A model generated the notes under the pieces. That model saw only the letters and a list, made by a program, of their open reading frames with translations, made no database searches and had not been told where the DNA came from. Positions 1 to 9,005 of a DNA stretch of 40,328 bases are shown in pieces. Source of the DNA: Bacteroidaceae bacterium. GTDB lineage: Bacteria > Bacteroidota > Bacteroidia > Bacteroidales > Bacteroidaceae. Where the stretch lies: positions 1 to 40,328 of the forward strand of contig JAGCTG010000032.1 in assembly GCA_017963785.1 (NCBI GenBank). Reading direction: 5' to 3'. A program made the position numbers and the translations under genes. Each line of letters opens with the position of its first letter. The first letter of the stretch is position 1.

Positions 1-160
1 CATATAACACCTTTTTGTATCGCTGAACCCACACAGACAGTAAACTTGTGCAGGTAAGACCGTACTTGCGAGTAATTTCTGCAACACTCGCATCTGTCTC
101 GCAATACTCGCGAACGATACGCAATCGTTCCTCCATTGAAAAATTAAAACTTCTTTTCAT
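1..160 (-). mobile_element. N-terminal fragment of an IS3-like transposase OrfA (helix-turn-helix), truncated by the window edge
   Basis: Hand translation of the reverse strand from the ATG at 160-158 gives MKRSFNFSMEERLRIVREYCETDASVAEITRKYGLTCTSLLSVWVQRYKKVLY. The ERLRIV...SVAEI..KYG....L..W pattern is typical of IS3/IS911 OrfA HTH proteins. The ORF runs off the left edge. Confidence 0.5.
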
Positions 161-314
161 AATTTATTAACATTTTTATGAAGAGAAAGTGTAAAGGTTT
201 TTCAGTATAAGACATTCGAGCGCGCGAGGCGCACCAGCCTTAATTATGTCTCCGCGCGTACCGAACCTTATTAAATATATTATGTGCAAGCGCGAGTATT
301 ATAATGGCAATAGA

Positions 315-348
315 AAAAGACTGAGGGTAAGGGTGCTCTCAGTCTTTT
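315..348 (-). terminator. Bidirectional rho-independent-type hairpin downstream of the island operon
   Basis: aaaagactgag (315-325) pairs perfectly with ctcagtctttt (338-348) around a 12-nt loop. A/T runs flank both sides, so a U-tract follows the stem on either strand. It lies about 105 nt downstream of the stop at 454. Confidence 0.6.
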
Positions 349-453
349 GGGTATTCTTTTTAGGAAGGGTTATTCTTTGTTGTAGTATAAGGGATATTGC
401 AGCCTGCAAAATGAGCTAGAGGCCGAAATTATAGAACCGGCCAATAAGAACAA

Positions 454-687
454 CTATTCTTCTTGCTCCTTCACTAGCAAATCCCAATACTTATTTGCCT
501 CTTCTTCAGAAGTATAATGCCCAGATTCGTCCCCAGTAAGCTTAACTCTAATACTGTATGTGCCGTCTTGTTTTTCGTGCATTTCGTATCGGTCGTTTTG
601 TTTAACAATACGAAATGATGCTTCAGTGCTGGGGTCTGGAAGTTCTGCACGCAAATTCTTTTTGAAATTGTCAGTGTTGTTTGCCAT
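454..687 (-). CDS. Small acidic cytoplasmic protein (77 aa), no recognisable family; last gene of the island operon
   Basis: ORF track. No signal peptide; acidic C-terminus (SEEEANKYWDLLVKEQEE). Co-directional with, and 74 nt downstream of, the preceding gene. Confidence 0.55.
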   Translation of the reverse strand: MANNTDNFKKNLRAELPDPSTEASFRIVKQNDRYEMHEKQDGTYSIRVKLTGDESGHYTSEEEANKYWDLLVKEQEE

Positions 688-761
688 AATCTTTATTTTA
701 AGTTATCACTATTTATTGTGAACAAAATTTTTCGTATTGAATAAGTATCGGAAGAATCGCG

Positions 762-2483
762 TTACTCGGAGAGGGCGAGGCGGAGACCAAATATGGAGGT
801 AATGTACGTACCTTCACTGACGTGGCGTTTAGAGGTGTGACATTCTGTGGCATAATTTGTCCAGCAGCCACCACGAACGATGCGGCAAACGCCGGATAGG
901 GGACCTGTAGGATTGGTTTGTGCATTAGTACTGTATTTTTCATACCAATCCTGACACCATTCCCATACATTGCCACTCATGTCGTATATTCCTAGTTCAT
1001 TGGGCTGCTTGGCTTTTACAACATGTGTTCCATAATCAGGACTTGATTTTTTCATGCCATATACTGCATTGCCGAAATACCATGCTACAGCGTTTATGTC
1101 GTTACTGCCAGCAAACCTATATCCACGACTCATATTACCGCCACGAGCAGCATACTCCCATTCCGCCTCGGTCGGAAGTCTGAATTGTTGTCCGGTTAGT
1201 TGGTTGAGCTTGCCGATGAACTTCTGGCAGTCCACCTTACTGACTTGTTCTACTGGTCGTTGCATCGAACCGACATTCTTCTTAGGAGCGAACTTAGAGG
1301 GATTCGTACCCATCACAGTCTTCCACAGCTCCTGCGTTACCTCTGTCTCGCCTATATAGAAGCTGCTCAATGTAACACTGTGAACAGGCCCCTCTTCGAT
1401 GTTACCATCCTCGCTGCCCATCTCAAAAGTGCCACCTTCGACAGCAATCATTGTAAAAGAAACACCATTGACGGTAAAAGTTAAATTGTTATCAATTTTA
1501 TTGCTTGTTGTGTTTATATTTATATTGGAAACCCCTGTAGACGATTCAATCATTGCTCCATCCACTTCGACAGTTTGGTCCTCTGCTAAATCTACAACTT
1601 TTGTAAGGTCGGTGTAGCCTGTCTTGCGGATAGTTATATTCCGTCTCCCTACCAGAACCTCTTGTAGGAACATAGGGGTGTCGCCAACTTTCTTTTCGTC
1701 AATGAGAATGTCGGCACCATCGGGTATGACGGAAATATTCAGACTGCCATAAATGGGGATTGGAGCATGAAGTTTTATCTTCTGATCTTCTGATATTGTA
1801 TATACCTCCGACTGCGTTTGATGGCTAGTCTTGCGAGTTTCTATCTGATAGGTGCCGTGCTCCAGAGTGCCAGTCCAACTGCCAAATCCTTTACGTTCTC
1901 CGTTAACCCATATTTCGGCATTGCCGTCCACGTTGAGCGTAACATTGGCCGAGTTGGAGGAGAGTGAGGCTTTAACAGTTGTCGTTTCACCATCTTTTAC
2001 TGTTACCGTTTGCTCAAAAGGCGAGTACAGTGGTTTTACTACGCGTATGCTGTGTTGTCCACTTGCTACCTTTCTAATGGTTAGCGGCACGATACCCTCT
2101 AGTTTGTTGTCAAGGAATACTGATGCTCCAGCTAGCTCTTTTGTTTCGGGAATCTCTATCGCTCCAAATGCAGGACGCATGGTAATGCTGATGACATGTT
2201 TGTTCTGAGGGTCATTAACGGTAATTTTTCCAATTTCGGAGTGATAGCCGTCCATATCCACACGATATTCGTAGGTGCCGAATTTCTTTCGTTTTATGGC
2301 CGTTCCGCCAACCACCTCCAGATTCTCCCCGTCAAGCATTATTATAGGATTTCCGTTGGGCTGAATCTGAAAGACCACATACTGCGATTTGTCATTGCCT
2401 GTCATGTCGTTATGCGCTTTAGACGGCATGGATAAGACAAACACAAATAATCCAAAGATTATATTTGAGAGAAAAAGGCGCAT
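762..2483 (-). CDS. Exported PEGA-repeat protein with one C-terminal FGE-sulfatase (SUMF1/GldK-like) fold domain
   Basis: Signal peptide: MRLFLSNIIFGLFVFVLSMPSKA. PEGA motif: SVIPDGADILIDEKKVGDTPMFLQEVLVGRRNITIRKTGY. FGE-fold motifs, about aa 335-572 (nt 765-1481): GGTFEMGS, FYIGETEVTQELW, RLPTEAEWEYAARGG, NELGIYDMSGNVWEWCQDWY, RGGCW, FGLRLAL. Confidence 0.85.
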   Translation of the reverse strand: MRLFLSNIIFGLFVFVLSMPSKAHNDMTGNDKSQYVVFQIQPNGNPIIMLDGENLEVVGGTAIKRKKFGTYEYRVDMDGYHSEIGKITVNDPQNKHVISITMRPAFGAIEIPETKELAGASVFLDNKLEGIVPLTIRKVASGQHSIRVVKPLYSPFEQTVTVKDGETTTVKASLSSNSANVTLNVDGNAEIWVNGERKGFGSWTGTLEHGTYQIETRKTSHQTQSEVYTISEDQKIKLHAPIPIYGSLNISVIPDGADILIDEKKVGDTPMFLQEVLVGRRNITIRKTGYTDLTKVVDLAEDQTVEVDGAMIESSTGVSNININTTSNKIDNNLTFTVNGVSFTMIAVEGGTFEMGSEDGNIEEGPVHSVTLSSFYIGETEVTQELWKTVMGTNPSKFAPKKNVGSMQRPVEQVSKVDCQKFIGKLNQLTGQQFRLPTEAEWEYAARGGNMSRGYRFAGSNDINAVAWYFGNAVYGMKKSSPDYGTHVVKAKQPNELGIYDMSGNVWEWCQDWYEKYSTNAQTNPTGPLSGVCRIVRGGCWTNYATECHTSKRHVSEGTYITSIFGLRLALSE

Positions 2484-2528
2484 ATTGTTGAATCTAGAAA
2501 AAAGTTTTTACAGAAGGAGCTTTATAAC

Positions 2529-3272
2529 TCATTCCAATTTAATGTATTCTTTTATTATAGGAATAAGTGCATCTGATGCCTCTGATGTAAACCGGGGAGA
2601 TTGGCAAAAGAACACAAAGTCGAAACTTGTAGGAGTTTGCCAGGACGAATAGTCTTCAACATGGTAAGGTATTTCTGGTTCTATCCAGTTTACCTTTTTG
2701 ACTAAATCGGGATAACGTATAAAATCATCTATTACTATTCCATCCTTAACCGTCGGAATCTGCAGCATTTCTCCGTTTTCGTTAAAATCTTTATGAAACA
2801 TGGGCGTTCTTGTTGAAATATGCCATCTTTTACTTTTGTCGGTAATAAAAAATACGCTATTTAGCTTTTGATATGCAAGCAACATACCTACCACATTTCC
2901 TTCTGACATATGGTCTTTAATAACGGTAATTCGTTCTTCAACCGGACAGGACATAAGGTTTATAATATTGCATACAAAACATTTTTTACCAGATGCACTT
3001 GGATGTAAATCATCATGTGCATCAACATGATATAAATTGATGTTATCAAATCCTTTTTCCACTATGACATTGAACAATTGGTCATGCGTTTTTGCACAAC
3101 AACCGATAATAGGGTTGGTTTTATTCAGTCCACATTTTTTCTCTAAGAAACTACGTACATCACGTTCTGCCCACGGCCAGAAGTCGTCGTCAGATAGTCT
3201 TTGCTTGTTGCCGTCATAGTCATAATAAACATCATTTTGGAAGAAATCTAAATCGAGGTCTAAAATGTTCAT
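2529..3272 (-). CDS. Cytoplasmic UPF0489-like protein (arginase/deacetylase-superfamily-like metal-site motif)
   Basis: No signal peptide. N-terminal MNILDLDLDFF and a later LYHVDAHDDLH resemble the UPF0489 family, which is thought to be related to arginases (DAHxD-type motif). Assigned from motifs only. Confidence 0.4.
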   Translation of the reverse strand: MNILDLDLDFFQNDVYYDYDGNKQRLSDDDFWPWAERDVRSFLEKKCGLNKTNPIIGCCAKTHDQLFNVIVEKGFDNINLYHVDAHDDLHPSASGKKCFVCNIINLMSCPVEERITVIKDHMSEGNVVGMLLAYQKLNSVFFITDKSKRWHISTRTPMFHKDFNENGEMLQIPTVKDGIVIDDFIRYPDLVKKVNWIEPEIPYHVEDYSSWQTPTSFDFVFFCQSPRFTSEASDALIPIIKEYIKLE

Positions 3273-3341
3273 ATGTTACTAATGTATCTTATGGGTTATT
3301 TGATGAGACCTGCTGATGCGGATGCACGGTGAAAGCAGTGT

Positions 3342-6176
3342 TTAATATGCTTTTTTTGAGAGTGCTAGACGGAATCCAAGTGTGCCGCCTTTAGGTATAT
3401 CTTTTTTTGAAGAAACCACAAAACAATCATACAAGTTAGAGTCATACGCACCGCCACGACATGCTCCATTTTCGCACATCTCCCATACATTGCCACTCAT
3501 GTCGTATATTCCTAGTTCATTGGCCTTTTTAGACGCTACTCTATGAGTCTCTCTGTCTTCCATTACATTTACATACCCACCCCCGGCGCGATTTGAATGA
3601 TAGCGTTTCATCACGCCACTATTGCTATAAAACCAAGCAACTTCATCAACACTGTTACTTCCGCTATGCATATAGCCTTGGGTTTTGTTTCCGCCTCGAG
3701 CAGCAAATTCCCATTCTTCTTCTGTTAAAAGACGGAATGATGCTCCTGTAATCTTGTTCAGTTTGGTGATGAATTCCCGGCAATCATTCCAACTAATACT
3801 TTCTACTGGAAGATAATAGACTCCCTGATTCAGACTCGAATCACGTTTGCTTCCCATAACTGCATCCCATAATTCTTGAGTAACTTCTGTTTCACCAACA
3901 AAGAAATCATTAACTTTTACCAGTTGTACGGAGCGAATCGTGTCCTCATTTTTCTTTTTCTTTTCTTTTTGCTCTGGCATCGCGCCCATTAAGAACTCTC
4001 CGCCTTCTACTGGTTTCATTTTAAAATATACATTGTTGGTAAAATAAGTGTCCTTTACTAAATAAGTGCAATCTTCTAAAGGGTCTTCTGGCATTGACAT
4101 AGCAAGACGTAATCCTAAATCAGGAACTTTTATATCGACATCGCAGCCTGACGACCCAAAAGGCTGACCTTCGTCTAGCGCAACTGGGCCTGTATTATTA
4201 TATGCCCCACCACGTCTAGAGGCAATGTATTTAGAGATTTGGAAATCAATGTTATAGCCTTTATCATACCAATTAAGGCACCATTCCCATACATTGCCAC
4301 TCATATCATATATACCTAACTCATTGGGGTATTTCGTGGCAACTGGTTGTGGTTTATGTGAAGAGTTCCAGCTAACCCAACATACAGAGTCTGGATAATT
4401 ACTACCACTACATTTATAGCCATGTGTTTTCTTTCCGCCGCGGGCAGCGTACTCCCACTCTGTTTCCGTAGGAAAACGAAATTTTCTCCCTGTAATTCGA
4501 TTTAACATGTAAATAAATTTTATGCAATCATTCCATGAAACAGAATGAACCGGCAAATTGTCTCCTGTGAATTTGCTGGGATTAGTGTCCATCACCGCTT
4601 TCCACAGGGCTTGTGTTACTTCGGTTTGCCCGATACAGAAACTTTTAACTGCAATATCTTCTTTTAGGTATCCACCTTCCACTTCAATCATTTTGAATGT
4701 AACGCCATTAACAGAAAACACATCCTCTAATTTTTGCAGAAAATTGAATGTGTTTGTTTTATCGGCAGTTACGTTGATTGTCTTCTCCAAATCTTTGTAT
4801 CCATTTGCCGTAATACGGATGGCGTGCTCTCCATAGCCAAGGTCATAAGTGGACGCTATCTTTCCTTTACTCTCTCCATCTATAAAGATAGTGGCATTGG
4901 GATTGTTACACTCAAATGTAACAGTCGTGCTTTGTGCAAGGGAACCTGACACCTCTACGGTCTGACCTTCTGTTAACTCCACTCTCCGCGTTAAGTCTCC
5001 ATAACCTGATTTGTGGACTGTAACAGTATGTGTTCCTATCAATACGTTGCTGAGAGTAAGCGGTGTTTCGCCTCTCTTCTCTCCATCTACAAAGACTTCG
5101 GCCATGGCGGGGAGCGTGCTGACTTCAAGACTGCCAAAAATTGGCGTAGGGGCTGGCAGCGAAATAACCACCTGCTCTTTGCTGACAGATAAGGACTTGT
5201 TGACATGTGAAGGACGGTGATTCTCGGCCTTCGTCTCAAATTCATATTCCCCTGTGCTTAGATTGCCACTCCAGCTGCCTTTGCCTTTCATTTCGCCATT
5301 AACCCATATTTCTGCATTATTGTCTACTGTAAGTTTTACATTGGCGAAATTAGCACTCAGTTCGGGAGATAATTCTGCCGTCTTATTATCTTCGATGGTT
5401 ATTTGTTGCTGCCAATTGCCATATAGGGACTTTACTATCCTGACGGTATGGGTGCCACTGGCCAGCTGGCCTGATTTGCATGGCACGGTGCCTATCTGCT
5501 TGTTGTCAATAAAGACGGTACCTCCGCGGTTGGACTCATTAGCCTTAATCTCTACCCATCCAAAGGCAGGAAGTAGCTTTACATCTACTACCACCTTGTT
5601 AGTAGGGTCACTCACGCTAACCTTACCCGAAGAAGAGTGGTAGTCCTTGGCTTGCACTGAATAAGTATAGTCGCCAAAAGGCACAAACTTGCGTGCAGAT
5701 CCTCCATTGTTGTTCCATATCTCGCCCTCGACCTCCACGATGGCATCTGCAGGTGTTACGTTAAACACGAGGTACTGTGACGTCTGCAGCTTCTTCGTGC
5801 CTTGTTTGGGTAATTCAGGAGCTGTTAATTTAACTCTATATACACACTTTCCTTCAATAGGAACAGTAAAGACTATTTCTCCAGGCAAATAATCTGCATG
5901 ACGGAAAGAAATCTTTTTAGTTCCTGCGGGTACATATACTTGATACTCGCCTGGCTTGTAGCCTGCTTTGCCTACGACCCATCCCTCGAACTGCATGCCT
6001 TGTACGGATGGCAGTACGACACGAATAAGAGCACACGGATTGCCATTAGCATCCAATCGAGGATTGGTGCGAGCGGCAAGATCGTTTTCCAAAAACTCAG
6101 TCTCTGACACCGCAATCTCTTGGCTATAAGCAAAGAGAGAGAGAAATAAAAATATTACAGAAAGTATTTTTCGCAT
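3342..6176 (-). CDS. Large exported protein with multiple PEGA-like repeats and two tandem FGE-sulfatase-fold domains
   Basis: Signal peptide: MRKILSVIFLFLSLFAYSQE. PEGA motif: STLPAMAEVFVDGEKRGETPLTLSNVLIGTHTVTVHKSGY. FGE-fold domain 1, about aa 487-694 (nt 4095-4718): FPTETEWEYAARGG, NELGIYDMSGNVWEWC. Domain 2, about aa 714-940 (nt 3357-4037): GGEFLMG, LLTEEEWEFAARGG, NELGIYDMSGNVWEMC. The module order parallels the 573-aa paralog. Confidence 0.85.
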   Translation of the reverse strand: MRKILSVIFLFLSLFAYSQEIAVSETEFLENDLAARTNPRLDANGNPCALIRVVLPSVQGMQFEGWVVGKAGYKPGEYQVYVPAGTKKISFRHADYLPGEIVFTVPIEGKCVYRVKLTAPELPKQGTKKLQTSQYLVFNVTPADAIVEVEGEIWNNNGGSARKFVPFGDYTYSVQAKDYHSSSGKVSVSDPTNKVVVDVKLLPAFGWVEIKANESNRGGTVFIDNKQIGTVPCKSGQLASGTHTVRIVKSLYGNWQQQITIEDNKTAELSPELSANFANVKLTVDNNAEIWVNGEMKGKGSWSGNLSTGEYEFETKAENHRPSHVNKSLSVSKEQVVISLPAPTPIFGSLEVSTLPAMAEVFVDGEKRGETPLTLSNVLIGTHTVTVHKSGYGDLTRRVELTEGQTVEVSGSLAQSTTVTFECNNPNATIFIDGESKGKIASTYDLGYGEHAIRITANGYKDLEKTINVTADKTNTFNFLQKLEDVFSVNGVTFKMIEVEGGYLKEDIAVKSFCIGQTEVTQALWKAVMDTNPSKFTGDNLPVHSVSWNDCIKFIYMLNRITGRKFRFPTETEWEYAARGGKKTHGYKCSGSNYPDSVCWVSWNSSHKPQPVATKYPNELGIYDMSGNVWEWCLNWYDKGYNIDFQISKYIASRRGGAYNNTGPVALDEGQPFGSSGCDVDIKVPDLGLRLAMSMPEDPLEDCTYLVKDTYFTNNVYFKMKPVEGGEFLMGAMPEQKEKKKKNEDTIRSVQLVKVNDFFVGETEVTQELWDAVMGSKRDSSLNQGVYYLPVESISWNDCREFITKLNKITGASFRLLTEEEWEFAARGGNKTQGYMHSGSNSVDEVAWFYSNSGVMKRYHSNRAGGGYVNVMEDRETHRVASKKANELGIYDMSGNVWEMCENGACRGGAYDSNLYDCFVVSSKKDIPKGGTLGFRLALSKKAY

Positions 6177-6191
6177 TAAAATACAAAGTCA

Positions 6192-7229
6192 TTAAATGTC
6201 AAAATCGCTTAGACTGAATATCTCGTCTTTGGGTATGCGTTGCGTTCCCTTACCATTAGAGTTATAGGCATCGGGCTGCCATGTACGCACATGTATCTGA
6301 GGATGCTCTTCGTCGCGGAAGTCCCATAAGAGGAAGACATAGCCGTCATCATGATAACGATCAGAAGTGTAGCCTTGATGAAGGGTCACTCCGTAAAAGT
6401 CTTTGTTGACAGGATGACGCATCACTTCAATCTCATCAAAGGTGACGCGAATCATCCTATTATTGGCAAAGACACGCTTGAGGTTAGTCAGGTACTCCTG
6501 CTTACTTTGTTTTTTATACACGATTTTGTCCGGTAGACGTATGCCATCGCCCGTTTTACGTTGAATCACTCTACCCGTGATAATGAGGGCATCGTCGCTG
6601 AACACTGCCTCGAGGAAATCAATGTCTTTTTGATTGTAGGATGTACGAAATTGCTCTACATAATCAAGTATAAGCTGACGACGACGCAGGTCGGTAATTT
6701 CCTTGTTATCACGGATGACATTCATGTAGAGGTTCATACTGATAGACAGGTAGAATGAAACAAGATTACCTTGTTTGTCGAAGCTAACAACTGCCTCCTG
6801 ATAATCTTCATCTTCTGCAATGTCGGAAGGATTAGTCGGCTTGAGCAATATCGGAATATTCCTAACTTGGTAACCGGTGCCGGTAGTCAGACAATGCTCA
6901 ACTATCTCAGTATCCATACTTACAAACGGAGAGTTTTCCCAGAGAGACGCAAGTGCACCTTGCACTGAAGAAGGAATGCCGAGAGCAGAATAGTTCATCT
7001 GTCGCTTTCCTTCATAGGCAGCATTTGCTTCAGTAAGGATAGTGGCAATAGTCTGCTCCATCTTTGTCTTGATTGCAACATTGTCAATGCCATCAGTCAG
7101 TTGTACTGTCACTCTATCTGCAGCTTTGACTGCAAATGATAGCATCATCATTGAGATGCTTAATAATGAAAGTTTGAGATATTTCATAGTTGTATGTTTA
7201 ATCTTTTGTCTTAATCCATATTGCTCCAC
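6192..7229 (-). CDS. Exported hypothetical protein; C-terminal half possibly NTF2/SnoaL-like
   Basis: ORF track. The start is more likely the internal ATG at 7187 (MKYLKLSLLSISMMMLSFAVKA is a signal peptide), which removes the 32-nt overlap with the upstream gene. The C-terminal DIDFLEAVFSDDALIITGR...VTFDEIEV...YGVTLHQ pattern weakly resembles NTF2-like folds. Confidence 0.6.
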   Translation of the reverse strand: MEQYGLRQKIKHTTMKYLKLSLLSISMMMLSFAVKAADRVTVQLTDGIDNVAIKTKMEQTIATILTEANAAYEGKRQMNYSALGIPSSVQGALASLWENSPFVSMDTEIVEHCLTTGTGYQVRNIPILLKPTNPSDIAEDEDYQEAVVSFDKQGNLVSFYLSISMNLYMNVIRDNKEITDLRRRQLILDYVEQFRTSYNQKDIDFLEAVFSDDALIITGRVIQRKTGDGIRLPDKIVYKKQSKQEYLTNLKRVFANNRMIRVTFDEIEVMRHPVNKDFYGVTLHQGYTSDRYHDDGYVFLLWDFRDEEHPQIHVRTWQPDAYNSNGKGTQRIPKDEIFSLSDFDI

Positions 7230-7992
7230 ATCCCTTGTAGTTGCTTATCAAATCGGGGGTGCCAGTCTTCAGGTTGATACAGGTTTCGCCTGCGACTTTC
7301 AAGCAGGCTGGTATTTCGCCTTGCTTATTGTGAATGAACACATACACAGCATCTGTTGTCGGCAGATTGGAATACTTACCAACCTGCGTGATTGTCCCGT
7401 TTTTTCTACCTAGGTTGACATATTCGTTTAGTGCCGTAAATGTCTCAACAGCCAACATCTCTTGTTCTTTTTGCGTCGGAGTATAGGCTGTAGAAATTAT
7501 ATCCTGTTTTTCCGTTTCCTCAACACTCTCATTCATAGGTGTTGTCACTATTTCATTAGAGGCAGTAGTGTCAGCGCTGGCTACAGGAATAGCATTAATT
7601 GCTACCGAGTCCGTGGTTTGCCCTGGTTGTCCAAAGTTAACGACCATCACTTCTTCTTGCTTATAATACGGGAGGATGTCGATCTTGTTTACATACGCGA
7701 AAACACGATAAAGCCTGCCGCGCTGCGTGCTTATCTGCGACAAAGACTCCTTAGACTTGGCTACATATCCTGCTATACTATCAACAGAGCACTCTTTTAG
7801 CCATTGTTCTATCTCTAACGCCAAAAGGTCTTTGGCATTGTTGGAGGCCTCTTCACTACTGACAGAGGATGTGCCAGTAGCATAGATAAAACTGATATTG
7901 CGCTTAATGTCATTGATTTGCTGTTGCTCATTCTGGGCAAAAGCAAATCCTACGCAAGTCATAAAGACTAAAGTCAAAAAATACCGAATCAT
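7198..7992 (-). CDS. Exported hypothetical protein (264 aa), no recognisable family
   Basis: Signal peptide: MIRYFLTLVFMTCVGFAFAQ. The start overlaps the upstream stop as ATGA (7989-7992), suggesting translational coupling. Confidence 0.6.
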   Translation of the reverse strand: MIRYFLTLVFMTCVGFAFAQNEQQQINDIKRNISFIYATGTSSVSSEEASNNAKDLLALEIEQWLKECSVDSIAGYVAKSKESLSQISTQRGRLYRVFAYVNKIDILPYYKQEEVMVVNFGQPGQTTDSVAINAIPVASADTTASNEIVTTPMNESVEETEKQDIISTAYTPTQKEQEMLAVETFTALNEYVNLGRKNGTITQVGKYSNLPTTDAVYVFIHNKQGEIPACLKVAGETCINLKTGTPDLISNYKGCGAIWIKTKD

Positions 7993-8972
7993 ATCTTCTT
8001 CTTTGGTTTTTTTATGTATTGTTGATACAAGTCTTTAACATTGTGTGTCGGGATATAGGCATTAAGTGTTGCCTTGAAAACTGAACGGGGATTAGAAACG
8101 AAGTTATCAGGGATTATGATGGAGAGCATATGATTGAATCCTAGGTCTTTACTCTGAGCTATCAGCAAAGCCTTTAGCCCGTCTTCACGCTCTTCTTCTA
8201 TGGCAAAATACACCTTCAGTTTCATCGCCTGACAATATGCTAACCACTGCCATAGCGGTATGCTATATTGCTTTTTGGCTAAGCCATAAAGATTCTGCTC
8301 GATATATAGAGTATAGCCTGCAATACAAGTACTGTCAAGACAACTCTGGAAGAGATTGGCAGCAGAACGCCACTTATCACTATCGTCAAAGATGGGCAAC
8401 AGACTATCAGTTTGCGACAGCCGATAGTATGTCGCATCATTAAAAGACTCTACGTAAAGGTATTGTACATTCTGATTCGTATAAATACTGTCGGGCTGTT
8501 CGTGCAAGTATTGTCTGTCAACAAGATAACAGTTGTACAGAGAAGATTCCGCAAGTGTAGTATTAAAGGTTTTTTCTATATCTACCTTGGGCTGCCCAAG
8601 CAGTAACTCGTACTGCATAGGAAAGGCAAGGTCAAGAACAACATTACCAAGAGTGTCAGACCATGAAACTTCATAGAACTTGTCCTCTGTCTTACTGATA
8701 GTAAATGTCATCTCCTGAGTTATATGTGTAGCAGAAGAAGCATTGCCTGTCACAAACAGAACTTTATCGTCACGTAGGCGTTGGTCGACAGCAATATGTT
8801 TCTTCTGGAGGCTATCAATCTCGAAAAGATACCTCTCTAGGAAATCATAGACAACAGAAGGGTATGCAGTTTTCATTTCCGGAGGAAACAGGACAAACTT
8901 CTGTGCCGAACAGATCTGTACAGCCAACGCCACACACAACAATAAGGACAATGCGATCTTCTTGCTCATCAA
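7989..8972 (-). CDS. Exported hypothetical protein (327 aa), no recognisable family
   Basis: Signal peptide: MMSKKIALSLLLCVALAVQICSAQ. Lies 33 nt downstream of the MORN gene on the same strand. Confidence 0.6.
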   Translation of the reverse strand: MMSKKIALSLLLCVALAVQICSAQKFVLFPPEMKTAYPSVVYDFLERYLFEIDSLQKKHIAVDQRLRDDKVLFVTGNASSATHITQEMTFTISKTEDKFYEVSWSDTLGNVVLDLAFPMQYELLLGQPKVDIEKTFNTTLAESSLYNCYLVDRQYLHEQPDSIYTNQNVQYLYVESFNDATYYRLSQTDSLLPIFDDSDKWRSAANLFQSCLDSTCIAGYTLYIEQNLYGLAKKQYSIPLWQWLAYCQAMKLKVYFAIEEEREDGLKALLIAQSKDLGFNHMLSIIIPDNFVSNPRSVFKATLNAYIPTHNVKDLYQQYIKKPKKKI

Positions 8973-9005
8973 ATATATTATATATAGATAAGGTATAGTC
9001 GCGTA

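Noticed and set aside
713-976. An 87-aa minus-strand ORF overlapping the 3' end of the 573-aa gene in another frame.
   Set aside because: It is almost entirely nested within the FGE-fold coding region, which has strong motif support in its own frame, and it has no independent signal.
762-6176. Interpreting the FGE-fold genes as a sulfatase-maturation locus.
   Set aside because: No sulfatase gene is in the window. The proteins are exported PEGA fusions. The canonical C-x4-C catalytic pair is not visible. A structural or binding role is therefore more plausible, though this is untested.
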